Shown in pieces: positions 9,654 to 19,864 of a stretch of DNA of 64,000 nucleotides. The stretch lies in the IMG/VR virus record IMGVR_UViG_3300031132_000234, positions 4,200 to 68,199 of that record; one strand, 5' to 3'. Position 1 is the stretch's first letter. Every line of letters begins with the position of its first letter. The position numbers and the translations under genes were made by a program. The DNA is from a virus (taxonomy: Duplodnaviria > Caudoviricetes). The notes beneath the pieces are model-generated. The model searched no databases, was not told the DNA's origin, and worked only from the letters and a program-made list of their open reading frames with translations.

Positions 9654-9929
9654 TCACTCGGTCACCTCGGCGCGCTCAGCCTCGGCCTGACGGTCGAGCA
9701 GGTCGATGTGGTGCACGACCCGGGCAGCGAACTCGACGAGGTACGCGCGCTCCTCCCGGAACCCGGCCGCGGGGAGGTTGCGGAACTGCTGCGAGTCGAC
9801 GGTGATCCGGGAGAGCGACGCTCCGAGCGAGGACGCGGGCTCATCCAGGGAGTCGAGCTCGTCGTGGACCTCGTCGAGGATGGTGTGGATGGCGAGGTCG
9901 TCGCTCTCGTTAGTCGACTGATCGGTCAC
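9654..9929 (-). CDS. Hypothetical acidic helical protein
   Basis: GTG overlaps ligase stop; translationally coupled. Confidence 0.55.
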   Translation of the reverse strand: MTDQSTNESDDLAIHTILDEVHDELDSLDEPASSLGASLSRITVDSQQFRNLPAAGFREERAYLVEFAARVVHHIDLLDRQAEAERAEVTE

Positions 9930-10594
9930 CGTGCGACCTCCTCGTCCAGCTTGTGGCCGGCGGCGCCCTTCGGGCTCTCGTCGCCCTCGAGGGTGACCTT
10001 GAAGAGGTCGCGCGACGCGGTGTGGAAGACGACGATGCCCTCCGGACGCTCGAAGCCTGGTGCCGCGATGGAGCCCTGAGAGCGGAGCAGCTCGAGCGAG
10101 AGGTCGATCGCGCGCTGGTCGTAGACGCCCTCGTAGAGCTTCGGCACGACCTCGAGGTTCGGCGTCTCGAAGGACACGTCCTGCCAGCGGGAGGTGTTGA
10201 AGAGCGAGAAGCTCTTGTCGCCGCCGGAGCGCCCGTACTTGCGCTGGATGCCGGAGCCCCACCACTCGCCGAAGTGGGTGCCCTCGCCGAGGTCGACGAG
10301 GAGGTTCTCGGCGTTGCGCTCGACCCAGGCGGCGAAGCCGTAGTTGTCGCTCGTGGGCGTGATGAAGCGGGTCCGCGACTGGGCGAAGACGAAGTGCGTG
10401 CCGGCGGCGATGGCCGTGGCACCGATCGCGTCGAGGCCGGGCAGCAGTCCTCCGCCGTTGGGGAACCACTCGTCGAACTGCTCGACGGGAACGATGACGA
10501 CCGCGGCGTTGGTGCCGTCGATCTTCTCGGTGATGACGATGTCGCGGTTGAGTCTCGCGATCTTCGGGAACGGGGTGAAGTCGAGGCCGGTCAT
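9926..10594 (-). CDS. RNA ligase (Rnl2-like adenylation domain)
   Basis: Motif I TEKIDGTN, FGEWWG, PEGIVV and C-terminal K (FKVTLE). Confidence 0.88.
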   Translation of the reverse strand: MTGLDFTPFPKIARLNRDIVITEKIDGTNAAVVIVPVEQFDEWFPNGGGLLPGLDAIGATAIAAGTHFVFAQSRTRFITPTSDNYGFAAWVERNAENLLVDLGEGTHFGEWWGSGIQRKYGRSGGDKSFSLFNTSRWQDVSFETPNLEVVPKLYEGVYDQRAIDLSLELLRSQGSIAAPGFERPEGIVVFHTASRDLFKVTLEGDESPKGAAGHKLDEEVAR

Positions 10595-11358
10595 GCTGTG
10601 GGTTCCTCCTCAGGATTGCCCTCCGTGAGGGCGGTGGTGTCGATGAGCTGCCATGCCTGGGCGGCGTTGGCGCTCTGGAGCTGTTCGAGGGCGTCACGGA
10701 GGGCCCAACGCTCGTCGAGCCCCTCCGTGGTCGTCACGGTTGTGCGTTCCGGGTTGTCGACGTCCTGGAACTTGAACTGGAAGGCCTTCACGGCTCGGTC
10801 CGGTCGAGTGCGGCGCTGACCCAGCGCGCGTAGAGCAGCGTGGCGAGCGCGATGACCCCCACGACGACGCCGAGCACGAAGACGCCGAGGTCGTGGATCA
10901 CGCGGCGTCCGCCGCGTCTTCGGTCTCGGGCAGGAGGGCTTCGATCTCGTCGGCGATGCGCCGAGCTTCGGCCACATCGCTGTCGACCTCTTCGGCCTTG
11001 ACGCGGAGCGCGCGGGCCTCCGCCTCGTCGATGTCGGCCGCGGCACGGAGGTCGTGGATCTGCTTCCGCATGAGCTGGGTGCCGGTCGCGGCCTTCATCG
11101 CTTGCCCCAGGCGGTGCGGGCGCGGCGCGGGACGAGCGCGCCCGGGCGCTTGCGGGCCGCGAGCAGGATGACGATGGGCGTGAGGAGCACGACGAGCACG
11201 AACGGGATCCAGAACGGCGCGAGCACCCACCACCAGGACCAGGCGATGACGCCGCAGAGCTTGAGGATGATGAAGGCGACGCCGAGGAGGCCGGTCACGC
11301 TGGTGCCGCGAGACACGGGGGCCGATGCCGACCGCTTCTGGGGGAGGGAGTAGGTCAT
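10591..11358 (-). CDS. Four small coupled ORFs (10591-10791, 10788-10901 membrane, 10898-11098 coiled coil, 11095-11358 membrane)
   Basis: Overlapping start/stop codons; last has IAWSWWWVLAPFWIP hydrophobic motif common in phages. Confidence 0.6.
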
Positions 11359-11759
11359 CACTTGCCGCCCGTCTCGAGGTCGAAGTCCGGGAGGATCGCC
11401 TCGGGCTTGAAGATGACCTTGTAGTGGTACTTGCTCACCGAGGCGGCGTCGACCTGTTCGGTGACGTAGGTGACATTGTCCGAGAGGCCGAGGAAGTGCT
11501 TCTTGTACTGGCCGTCCCCGACCTGGCAGAGCACGGTGAGCTGCTTGCCCTGGTTCTCGGTCGAGCACCGACCCTCGATGACGAGCATGTACTTGTCGGT
11601 GATGCCGTTGATGAACGTGATTCGGCGCTCGACCTTGAAGGACTCGGCCTCCTTCGTCATGTTCTGGTCGACCGAGTGGGCGTCGGTCTGGCACGCTGCG
11701 AGCCCGAGCAGGGCGGCGCCGGCCAGGGCGATGGCGGTGAGCTTGGTGCGGGTCCTCAT
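11358..11759 (-). CDS. Phage lipoprotein
   Basis: Signal peptide with lipobox LAAC; ERRITFINGITDKY...EGRCS motif common in actinophage lipoproteins. Confidence 0.8.
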   Translation of the reverse strand: MRTRTKLTAIALAGAALLGLAACQTDAHSVDQNMTKEAESFKVERRITFINGITDKYMLVIEGRCSTENQGKQLTVLCQVGDGQYKKHFLGLSDNVTYVTEQVDAASVSKYHYKVIFKPEAILPDFDLETGGK

Positions 11760-11976
11760 GCGGTGAGTGCCTCCTTGTTGATCCGGGCCTCGATCGCTTC
11801 GGCACGCAGTGCCTCCACATCGAGGACGTACGTGGTGTCGTCGAGTTCGCTCGGCACGAGGAACCGCTGGAGAGCGGGCTCGGCGTCGACGAGGTCGACG
11901 ATGATGCCGTCGAGGCGTTCGACGGTCTCGCGCGAGACCGCGAGGTCTCTTCCGGTGGTCCGCGGGCGGTAGTCCC

Positions 11977-12219
11977 TCACGCGACGCCACCAGAGCGGGC
12001 GATGGCCTGGTTCGCCCAGTACTTCGACTCCTCGAGCGCGGTCAGCGACGCGGAGAGCTCGCGGCCGATCGGCGCGAGGTCGATGAGGCGGTCGGCGAAC
12101 TCGGCGGCCAGCGCGCGGACGCGGGCCATCGACTCCTGCTGCTTCTCGTCCAGCTTGAAGCTGCCGAGACGCTCGGCGACCTCGGCCCTCAAGGCCTCCT
12201 TGGCGGGGGTACTGCTCAT
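11977..12219 (-). CDS. Acb2/Tad1-like hairpin protein (putative nucleotide-signal sponge)
   Basis: GSFKLDEKQQESMARVRALAAEF and RELSASLTALEESKYWANQAIAR resemble the two helices of Acb2/Tad1-family proteins. Confidence 0.7.
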   Translation of the reverse strand: MSSTPAKEALRAEVAERLGSFKLDEKQQESMARVRALAAEFADRLIDLAPIGRELSASLTALEESKYWANQAIARSGGVA

Positions 12220-12345
12220 GGGGATCCTCCAATCCTCTGCCGGGGAACCTCCTCCCTGGCGAGTACCACTGTAGCGCAGTTAGTCGGCTAAGTGGGAAAA
12301 CGAGTCGGCTAAATTATGGCGGCAGTCTGTCGGTATGCTCAGCGC

Positions 12346-12543
12346 ATGTCCGTCCTCCTCTACGGCGCGTTCGCGCTGCTCGTCCTGGCGATCCTCCTCG
12401 TGCCGATCGTCATGAAGGCCACCCGCAACCCGCAGCGCGACGAAGAGCTGCGCGCCACCATGCGGCGGGAGCAGGCTCAGCGCGAGGTCTCGCTCGAGCA
12501 GGAGAAGGCCCGGATCCGCAAGGCGCAGGGGATCGCCGAGTGA
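12346..12543 (+). CDS. Small membrane-anchored coiled-coil protein (moron gene 1)
   Basis: N-terminal TM helix, charged coiled coil; opposite to flanking genes. Confidence 0.65.
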   Translation: MSVLLYGAFALLVLAILLVPIVMKATRNPQRDEELRATMRREQAQREVSLEQEKARIRKAQGIAE

Positions 12544-13052
12544 GCGGAAGCGTCACCTGGGTAGCGGTCGCCGCCTTCGGGTTGTCGATCGTGTCGTTGG
12601 CCTGGCAGGCGGCGGTCACATGGGTTCGACTGCCCAGGCTCGAGGTCGGCCTTGAATCGAGCCCCGCGCCGAAGTCGGATGCTGCCGACGGCTCACCGCA
12701 GATTGCGACGAGATTCACCGTGACCGTGCACAACCGCGGGGCAGAGTCAGTTGAGGTCTACGACTTGGGGCTCGAAAGCGAGACTGGGCTCCGCTTCTCC
12801 TTCCGCTCCAGTCGAACGGGGCGAAGGGTCACCGCGGGGCAGTCCGCAGAGATCACTTTCCGCGACGTGCAGGGTGAGGCCATGCCGGCGACCATCCCGG
12901 CGCGCAGCACGGCTACCTGGACCATTCTCGACGGAGCCACGGCGGAGCACGGCCCCAGCGTCCGGTGGCGGGCCTGGGCCGAACGGTACCGAGCCTCGGG
13001 CAAGCCGCGCCACATCATCTCGAAGGCGACCCGCTTCCGCTTCCGGGTCTAG
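12540..13052 (+). CDS. Membrane-anchored beta-sandwich-like protein (moron gene 2)
   Basis: N-terminal TM followed by FTVTVHNRG Ig-like strand pattern; overlaps gene 1 stop. Confidence 0.65.
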   Translation: MSGSVTWVAVAAFGLSIVSLAWQAAVTWVRLPRLEVGLESSPAPKSDAADGSPQIATRFTVTVHNRGAESVEVYDLGLESETGLRFSFRSSRTGRRVTAGQSAEITFRDVQGEAMPATIPARSTATWTILDGATAEHGPSVRWRAWAERYRASGKPRHIISKATRFRFRV

Positions 13053-13063
13053 ACCCTGCCGCT

Positions 13064-13357
13064 CTACATCTCGAAGGCCATGCCGCCGAGGGGGTAGGCG
13101 AGGTCTCCGCCCATCTCCCGCAAGACGGCGCGCGGGACGGCGGTCTCGGTGGTGTCGGCGCGAGTGTTCACGAAGACAGGGGAGCGGCCCACGGTGCCGT
13201 CGATCAGACCGCCGGAGGCGAAGCGGCCGCGCTTCACCGGCGCTGCGGGCTGCGGGGTGAGCGCGAACTCCACCTCGCCGAGGTCGTGCTCGGTGTCGCC
13301 GGTCTCCGGTCAGAAGACGAGGCGGCCCTTGATCTTGAGGTCGGGCATGGCGGCCAT
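13064..13357 (-). pseudogene. Small gene interrupted by in-frame TGA at codon 16
   Basis: GAAGGAG RBS plus ATG at 13357 reads MAAMPDLKIKGRLVF*PETGDTEHDLGEVEFAL...; TGA at 13310-13312 is in frame with ORF 13064-13273. Confidence 0.6.
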
Positions 13358-15057
13358 CAGGACTCCTTCGTGGTCGTGGTCGTGGTCGGGCGGGGGAGTG
13401 GGACGAGCTTCCGCATGAGGCGCGAGCGCTCGAGCTCCATCGCCTCTCGGAGCATGCCGTCGAGGAAGGCTTGCATTGGGATGAGAGGGCGGTCACGGAT
13501 GTCGTGCTGCCACCAGATCGGCCAGAACTCGTCGAACTGGATCCGGCCGGCGATGTAGTCCGACTTCGCCCAGCCGAGGAGTGCCCGGCGCTCCCGAGAT
13601 CGGGCTTCGCGCTGCCGCTGCTCGAGGGCGATCTGCTGCTCCGTGTCGGCGCGGCGTTCTCGGCGCTTGCGGCCGAACATCAGGCGGCCTGCCGACCGGC
13701 GTAGTCGGGGTCAGGCGCGAAGCCCATGCGGTGGGTCTCCGGGGTGCCGCCGTAGGCGTTCTCGGTGACCGAGTCCACGTCACGGTGCTCGAAGTCGGGC
13801 TCCTCGTCGCGCCGATGGCGATCGAGGTCGAGGGTCAGGGCGAGGCGGATCCTCATGCGGTGGCGTCCTCCTTGAGCCAGTAGAGGCCCTTGTTCTTCTG
13901 GCACGCGGCGCACGTTGCCTCGCGCGAGGACGGGGCCACCGTCACATCAGCGAGGCGACGCCCGCAGACCGAGTAAGCGATCCTGGCGCGCTCGATGTGG
14001 CTCTTCGCGGCCGCCATCAGCTCAGCACTCCGCTCGCGCCGTAAAGGGCCCAGGCGAGCACGCCCGCGGCGACAAACCAGATGATGAAGCCGTCGTAGCG
14101 CTCAGCGAGCCAGAACAGGAAGCCAGCGAGGGCCAGGAGGGCGAGAACCACGATGGTGGCGCTCACGCGGCGACCTCCTCGATCGTCAACTCGAAGCGCT
14201 GGTCGCCCACGGTGATGATGACCTCGTCCTGGAAGACGGAGCTGGCTCCGAGCCATTCGGTCCGGTCCGTCTCCTCGAAGACCATCCGGCCGTCCAGCGC
14301 GCTGACGATCTCGTCGGCCAGCTCATCGGCTGTCAGCTTCGCGCCCATCAGAGCTGCCCCTCCCTGCCCGTGAGGGCGATCGTGCACTCGAAGGGCGGGA
14401 GCCCGAGCGAGAACGTGCGAAGCGCCTGCGAGCGGTCGTGCGTCCGAGTCCACGCTCCTGCGTCGGGCCCGCCGATGATGAGCGGCGTCACGCTGGGGTA
14501 GTTCGGGTCCACGACGTTCCGCAGGTCGATGTCGACCACGACCTTGTCGTCGTACGCCTCGATCTTGACCGGAGCGTTCGGGATGGCGAGGGTGTCGAGC
14601 AGCGCCACGACGTGCGCGACGCGGCTCGTCTGCCCGCTCACGCGGCGGCCTTCTTCTGGATCTCGGCGAGCTTCTCGAAGACGCTGGTGAGCTCCACCTC
14701 GTCATCGCCGATCGGTTCGTTGACGAGTAACTCGAGCAGGGCCGCGGCCTCCTCCGGCGTCAGCTTGAGGGTGCGCTCCTGCCGCTTGGCCTGGACGCGG
14801 GCGGCCTCCTCGGGGGAGAGGACCTGCATCTGGCTCGCGGAGCGGCGGTCGGTGCGATTGCTCGTCAGGCTGCGGACGTTGAGGACCTTCCGCTTGGTCC
14901 GGCTGCCGAAGTAGCTCGGCTCCTGGTCGATCGACTCGACCTCCCAGAGGGCACCGCTGCTGCTCCACTGGGTCGTGACGATGTCCCTCACTTCGGCGCT
15001 CTCGCCGTTGCGGCGGGCGGGCATGGGGTGAATGGTGCTGGTCGTGCTCTGGGTCAC
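13357..15057 (-). CDS. Run of about seven small coupled hypothetical ORFs (including a CGRR/CAAC zinc-finger-like ORF at 13853-14017 and a membrane ORF)
   Basis: Successive ATGA/GTGA overlaps; phage-like codon use. Confidence 0.6.
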
Positions 15058-15620
15058 GGGTCCTCCTCGGTTAGTGGACTCCAGGATACCGGTTAGTCGA
15101 CTAAGTGGGAAGAGGGTGGGGTGGGAAAAGTGGAATCGGTGGGGGGTGGCGAAAATTTGCGCGACACCGGGCGCTCACTCCACCGCCCCCGTCTGCGCTC
15201 ACAATCCGAGACATTTCCCCCGCGGTTCCTGGCCTCGCGGGTACGCCCTCGGCTCGCGCTGCTGGGGGAGGGGCAGGGGGGTGCGTGCTGTCTTCGGTGG
15301 TGGTGTGGGTGTGTGTGCTGTGCCCCTGCACAATGGTGCGTACCCCACCCCCATAGAGCTCTGTAATTGGCACACAATATGCCACTACTGCGCCTGTGTG
15401 TGCGCGTGTGTGGCTCGTTCGTGGTGTTGTTGTGCCTCGATCCTGTGGGGATGGGGCTGGGTGCGTGGTGGTGCTGTGGGAGGCCGGCATGGTGCGTGTG
15501 TGTGGGTGTGGTGGTGCCCTGCCCTGGTCCCCTGTCCCTGGTGCGGTAGGGGTGGTGGGGGTGGGGGTGCATGGCCCTCGTAGTGGGTACAAGAATCTTC
15601 CCCGATTAGTCGTGTACGGC

Positions 15621-15649
15621 TTCCATTTAGTCGGCTAATGCCGTAGGCT
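15621..15649 (+). promoter_or_regulatory. SigA-like promoter with palindrome in spacer
   Basis: TTCCAT-17 bp (containing TTAGTCGGCTAA)-TAGGCT; near-copy at 19755-19783. Confidence 0.75.
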
Positions 15650-15703
15650 TAAGTCATCGGCAGGGGGAAGGGCCCCCGGCCACAGGCTCGAAGGACAGGC
15701 ACC

Positions 15704-17090
15704 ATGGCTCACACCATCACCCCGGCTCAGGCCCAGGCCGTCGAGGTCTGCCGCTCCATGGCCCAGGCATACGGGGGGCCGGCCATCACGACCGAGCTCC
15801 TGGAGGACGGCTCCCTGTGCGTGCGTGCCCTGCACATGGACGACGACACGATCGTCCTCGGTGTGGTGTGGGTGAAGCCCAACGGCCTGACCCCCGCCGG
15901 CAGCCACCCCGCCGACATCCTGGCCGACCGTATCGACGCCTACAACGAGAACAACTGAGGAGACCCCATGTCCCGCACCCGCACCCCCGAAGCCCGCGCC
16001 ACCTTCCGCGACCGCCGTGCCGCTGAGCGTGAGCGTCAGTCCAGCCGCCGTGCCGCCCGTGCCGCGAAGTACGGCCAGACCGGCAGCATCCGGACCATCT
16101 ACTAATCAGCCCTCAGCGAACACCGGAGAACCCTTCATGCACGCAGGAGTGCTGTTCCTCGCCCCGTCCCCGGACCCCGTCGGCTACGTCATCATGACCG
16201 AACCGCGCGGCTCGATCCCGTCCCGGCTCATCATCGGAGCCACCCACCTCGACGCCCTGCTGATCCTCGAGCGGGCCAACACCACGGGCCTGGACACCAA
16301 CCCGGACCCCGCCCGCATCGTGCCGGTCACGGCCGCCCAGTACCGCGCCGCTACCGGCCGCACGATGCACCCGATCCGTATGCAGTCCAGCGAGGCAGCC
16401 CGCCGCATCACCGGCCGCGCCCGCACTGCCTGACCCACACACTCGACTAATCGCCCCGGGAGGGCACCATGACCCGCATCGCCGCCGCCCTGTCCACCGC
16501 CGTCGTCATCGCCACCCTGTGCGCCTCAGCCCTCACCGGCTACGCCATCGGCACCCACGCCAACGAGCCCGCAGACATCACCGTGATGCCCTGCACCGCC
16601 TGGGACAACGACGCACACCCCACCATCCCCGCCAACACCCTCACCGACGCCTGCGTCGACACCACCGGCACCCTCCACACCGCACCCACCAGCCGAGAGG
16701 CCACCCGATGAACGCCCCCGACCCCCTCGCCGCCCTCATGGCGCAGACGAACGCCATGCTCAGCACCGCCCACACCAACCAGCAGCAGCACACGGAGAAC
16801 CGACGATGAACCGCCCCGCAGGCTTCGACGCCCCCAGCATCAGCATCCCGGCCGCCACACCCTGGCACTACCCGTACCTCACCCCAGAGGACGCCCGAGC
16901 GGCACGAAACGCCTCCCAGCGCGTCACCCACCGCCAGCTCCGCCACGCTCCGACGCCCGACCAGGTCCGAGCTCGACGGCGCCGCATTCGCCTCGCCAAG
17001 GCCCGCACGATTGCCTACGCCAAGGTCGCCGCCGGCAGTGTCCTGGTCGTCGCCTCGATGGGGTGGATCGCAGTCTGGATGGCCGCGTAG
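15704..17090 (+). CDS. Six small early ORFs (15704-15958, 15968-16105, 16137-16433, 16469-16711, 16708-16809, 16806-17090)
   Basis: Each has a GGAG/AGG RBS or overlap; first genes after the rightward promoter; A/C-rich strand. Confidence 0.6.
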
Positions 17091-17377
17091 TTTCCCGACC
17101 CCCCGGCCCCTGCCCTACCTAGTAAACGTAGTAACAGTAGTTAGTTAGTAGTGAGAAGTGGGTCCCCAGCACCCGCATTCACCCACCCGCGTACTTCCGG
17201 GCATCCGAGCCCCCGCCACATTTCAGCATCGCCACGGCCTAGCCATTCGGCCCCTCGGACCCCCTCTGCCCTAACCTCACACGCCAACGTCATTGCACGC
17301 ACTAACGTCGCTATGTGATGTCGCTTAGTCGGCTAATTCTGGTACGTTTGGCTAAACGACGCCTACGGAGGCAAACC

Positions 17378-17971
17378 ATGACCACCCAGCTCAACCACCG
17401 CCAGACCGCCCTCTACGCCACCGCCACGGAGGCCGACAAGCGCTACCGCCAGGTCAAGATCGAGGCCCACGCCGAGGCTCAGCGCATCGTCGAGCAGGCC
17501 ATCGCCCAGGCGCTGGCAGAGCGCGACATGGCCGTCCGCCGGGCGTTCGACGCCGGGGTCCGGAAGTCGTTCTTCCGACGCCGGGACGGCGGCCTGCACA
17601 CGACGAACCAGGACGCCATCAACCAGGTGTTGGCCCGTACGGAGCACTTCGCGGAGCTCGACGCAGCGGTCGAGGAAGCGGTGGTCGAGGCCGAGGGCGG
17701 CGCCCGGTTCGAGGTGAACGCGGCCGGGGAGCTGGTCGTGACTCCGCCGGCCGACGAGCTGGCGGTCCTCACGAAGCGGCTGGACATGGAAGAGGACACC
17801 GTGGTCCCCACCTCCGCCCGCTTCACCCGCACGAAGTTCGGGAAGCTCGACCCGGTAGAGGGCATGAGCATCCCCGGCACGATCGACCGCAACCCGGTGG
17901 TCGTGTGGGCGCTCGAGGCCGAGAACCAGGCCCGGGCCCTCGCCTGGTGGTCAGAGCTGACCGCCGCGTAA
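17378..17971 (+). CDS. Hypothetical helical protein, paralog of 20622-20915; possible regulator
   Basis: Shared RD..VR.A.DAG...GLHT.NQ...L.RTE motif; palindrome upstream at 17325. Confidence 0.6.
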   Translation: MTTQLNHRQTALYATATEADKRYRQVKIEAHAEAQRIVEQAIAQALAERDMAVRRAFDAGVRKSFFRRRDGGLHTTNQDAINQVLARTEHFAELDAAVEEAVVEAEGGARFEVNAAGELVVTPPADELAVLTKRLDMEEDTVVPTSARFTRTKFGKLDPVEGMSIPGTIDRNPVVVWALEAENQARALAWWSELTAA

Positions 17972-18010
17972 CCGGCAAACGACACCCACGACACACGAAA
18001 CGGACACCCC

Positions 18011-19726
18011 ATGAGCAACCGCACGTTCCGAGCCGCCACGGAAGAAACCATGGACGAGCGCGCCGCAGACGCAGCAGCCAGCACGGGCCACCTCAGCATC
18101 GCCGCCGACGGCGCCGCGCGCGGCTGCTTCTGCTCGATCGAGACGGAGCATGACCGCGAGACCGGGCAGGTCCTCACCGTCGAGGCCATCGCGAACCGCA
18201 AGCGCGGAGCACGGCCCACCCTCGGCCAGCCCATCACGACGGACACGCTCGGCATCGCGGGGAAGGTGACGCCGGAGCGGATCGCTCGGATCACCAGCCG
18301 GTACGCCGAGACGCCGGTGTTCGACCCTGATGTGGTCCCGCGCGGCAGGTACGCACACATCGGCGGCGGCATCTGGCTGCGCCGGTGCCGCGAGTGCGAT
18401 GACTACGTGCGGAGCTACGGCTCCGTGGCGTACCTCTACCCGTTCGCCAGGCACGAGGCCAGTCACGGCGTCGACGTTGCCGGCTACAACACTCCGATGC
18501 TGGCATCGGCATGACCCTCTGCCTGTCCTGCAACCGCGGAATGGCCCCGCGCATCGACGGCGTCGTCGTGCACTGGGCCTCCGGACTCCGCGGTTGTTCC
18601 GAATCACACCCACACCCGAACAGCACCACCGCAGCCCAGGAGGCAACCCGATGACCACCTCGACCGACCACACCGCGCGAGCGGGAGCAGCCCCCAGTGG
18701 CACGCGAGTCCGCTACCGCTCGGACGTCTCTCTGGTCTCCATGCTTGCCGGCGAGGTTCGCATCGTCGGCCCGAAGGACGAGACCGGCGGCGCCGAGATG
18801 CTGGACGAGGCCGGGACCTCGATGGACTACCGCAACGCGGCGCAGCTGGAGGGGGACGAGTTCTGGGGCGACTTCGAGCTCGTTGCCGCAGCGCCGACGG
18901 AGGGCGAGCCGTCCGTGCAACCGCCGACGCGCGAGCAGATCGCGGAGGCATGGGAGCAGGGATTTGCTGACGGCCGACGCTGCGACGCCGAGGGCGAGGA
19001 TGGGCCGCGATTCACGAACCCGTACCGTGACGACCTGTTCCCGCAGCCAACCCCGAGCGCCGAGCAGGAGTTCCGCTGGAGGGTGCAGGCGCTCCGCGAC
19101 GAGATGTTCGCCGAACTCGACTCGCCGGACCACCTCGTGCCGCTCGACTCCCTGGTCGAGCGGATGGACGCGTTGCTCGCTGAGAACGTCCCGCCCGCCA
19201 AGCCGGTGCGCATGACGCAAGGCATGACGTTCACTGCGCATCCGCCGGCGCGCCAGTTCATCTACCGGGGCGGCGGAACCTACCGCGACGAGAGCACTGG
19301 GGTGCACGTGTCCGCTAACGCATTCGACCCGTCCACGATCCGTGACGTTCGGGAGTCGCGGCAATGAGCCCCGACCCGCACGTCGTTCGGTTCCTCGACA
19401 CCGTCGTTTCGATCGAGGTCCCGCCCATTGGCCCGACGTTGATGGAGGTTGACGGCGAATGGGTCGCGACCGGACCCGGGATGGACGCGATTCTCGCAGC
19501 GTGGCGGGAGGGCGCCACCGACCGGGAGCCGCGTGGCTTCACGAAGGTCTACGGCGGGCAGTGGGACGACTACGTGCTCGGGGACCTAGACCCGAACCAC
19601 GCCGACGGCATCCGGCTGACCACGGTCGAGTTCGAGAGCGTGCACGACCGCAGGTACATCCCGTCCCGCGCGATCGTCTACCACCTGGAGGCGCTGCCGT
19701 TCGAGGTCGAGGTGGTGGCCCCCTGA
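18011..19726 (+). CDS. Hypothetical early ORFs (18011-18514 with CxxC...H motif, 18651-19367, 19364-19726)
   Basis: RBS and overlaps; no family recognised. Confidence 0.55.
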
Positions 19727-19754
19727 CTCTCGTCAAGAATTAGCCGACTCCCGC

Positions 19755-19783
19755 TTCCATTTAGTCGACTAACCGTGTAGGGT
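19755..19783 (+). promoter_or_regulatory. Second copy of rightward promoter
   Basis: TTCCAT-17 bp (containing TTAGTCGACTAA)-TAGGGT, followed by AGTCATCGGC as at 15.65 kb. Confidence 0.75.
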
Positions 19784-19864
19784 TGAGTCATCGGCCGGGA
19801 GAGCCGACCAGAACCCCGCCGGACGTCGAGCTCGCTCCGCCGGCCACATCACCAGGAGGACAGC

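Noticed and set aside
15093-15638. His/Thr/Pro-rich and Cys/Val/Gly-rich ORFs
   Set aside because: Products of low-complexity strand skew; no RBS or coupling
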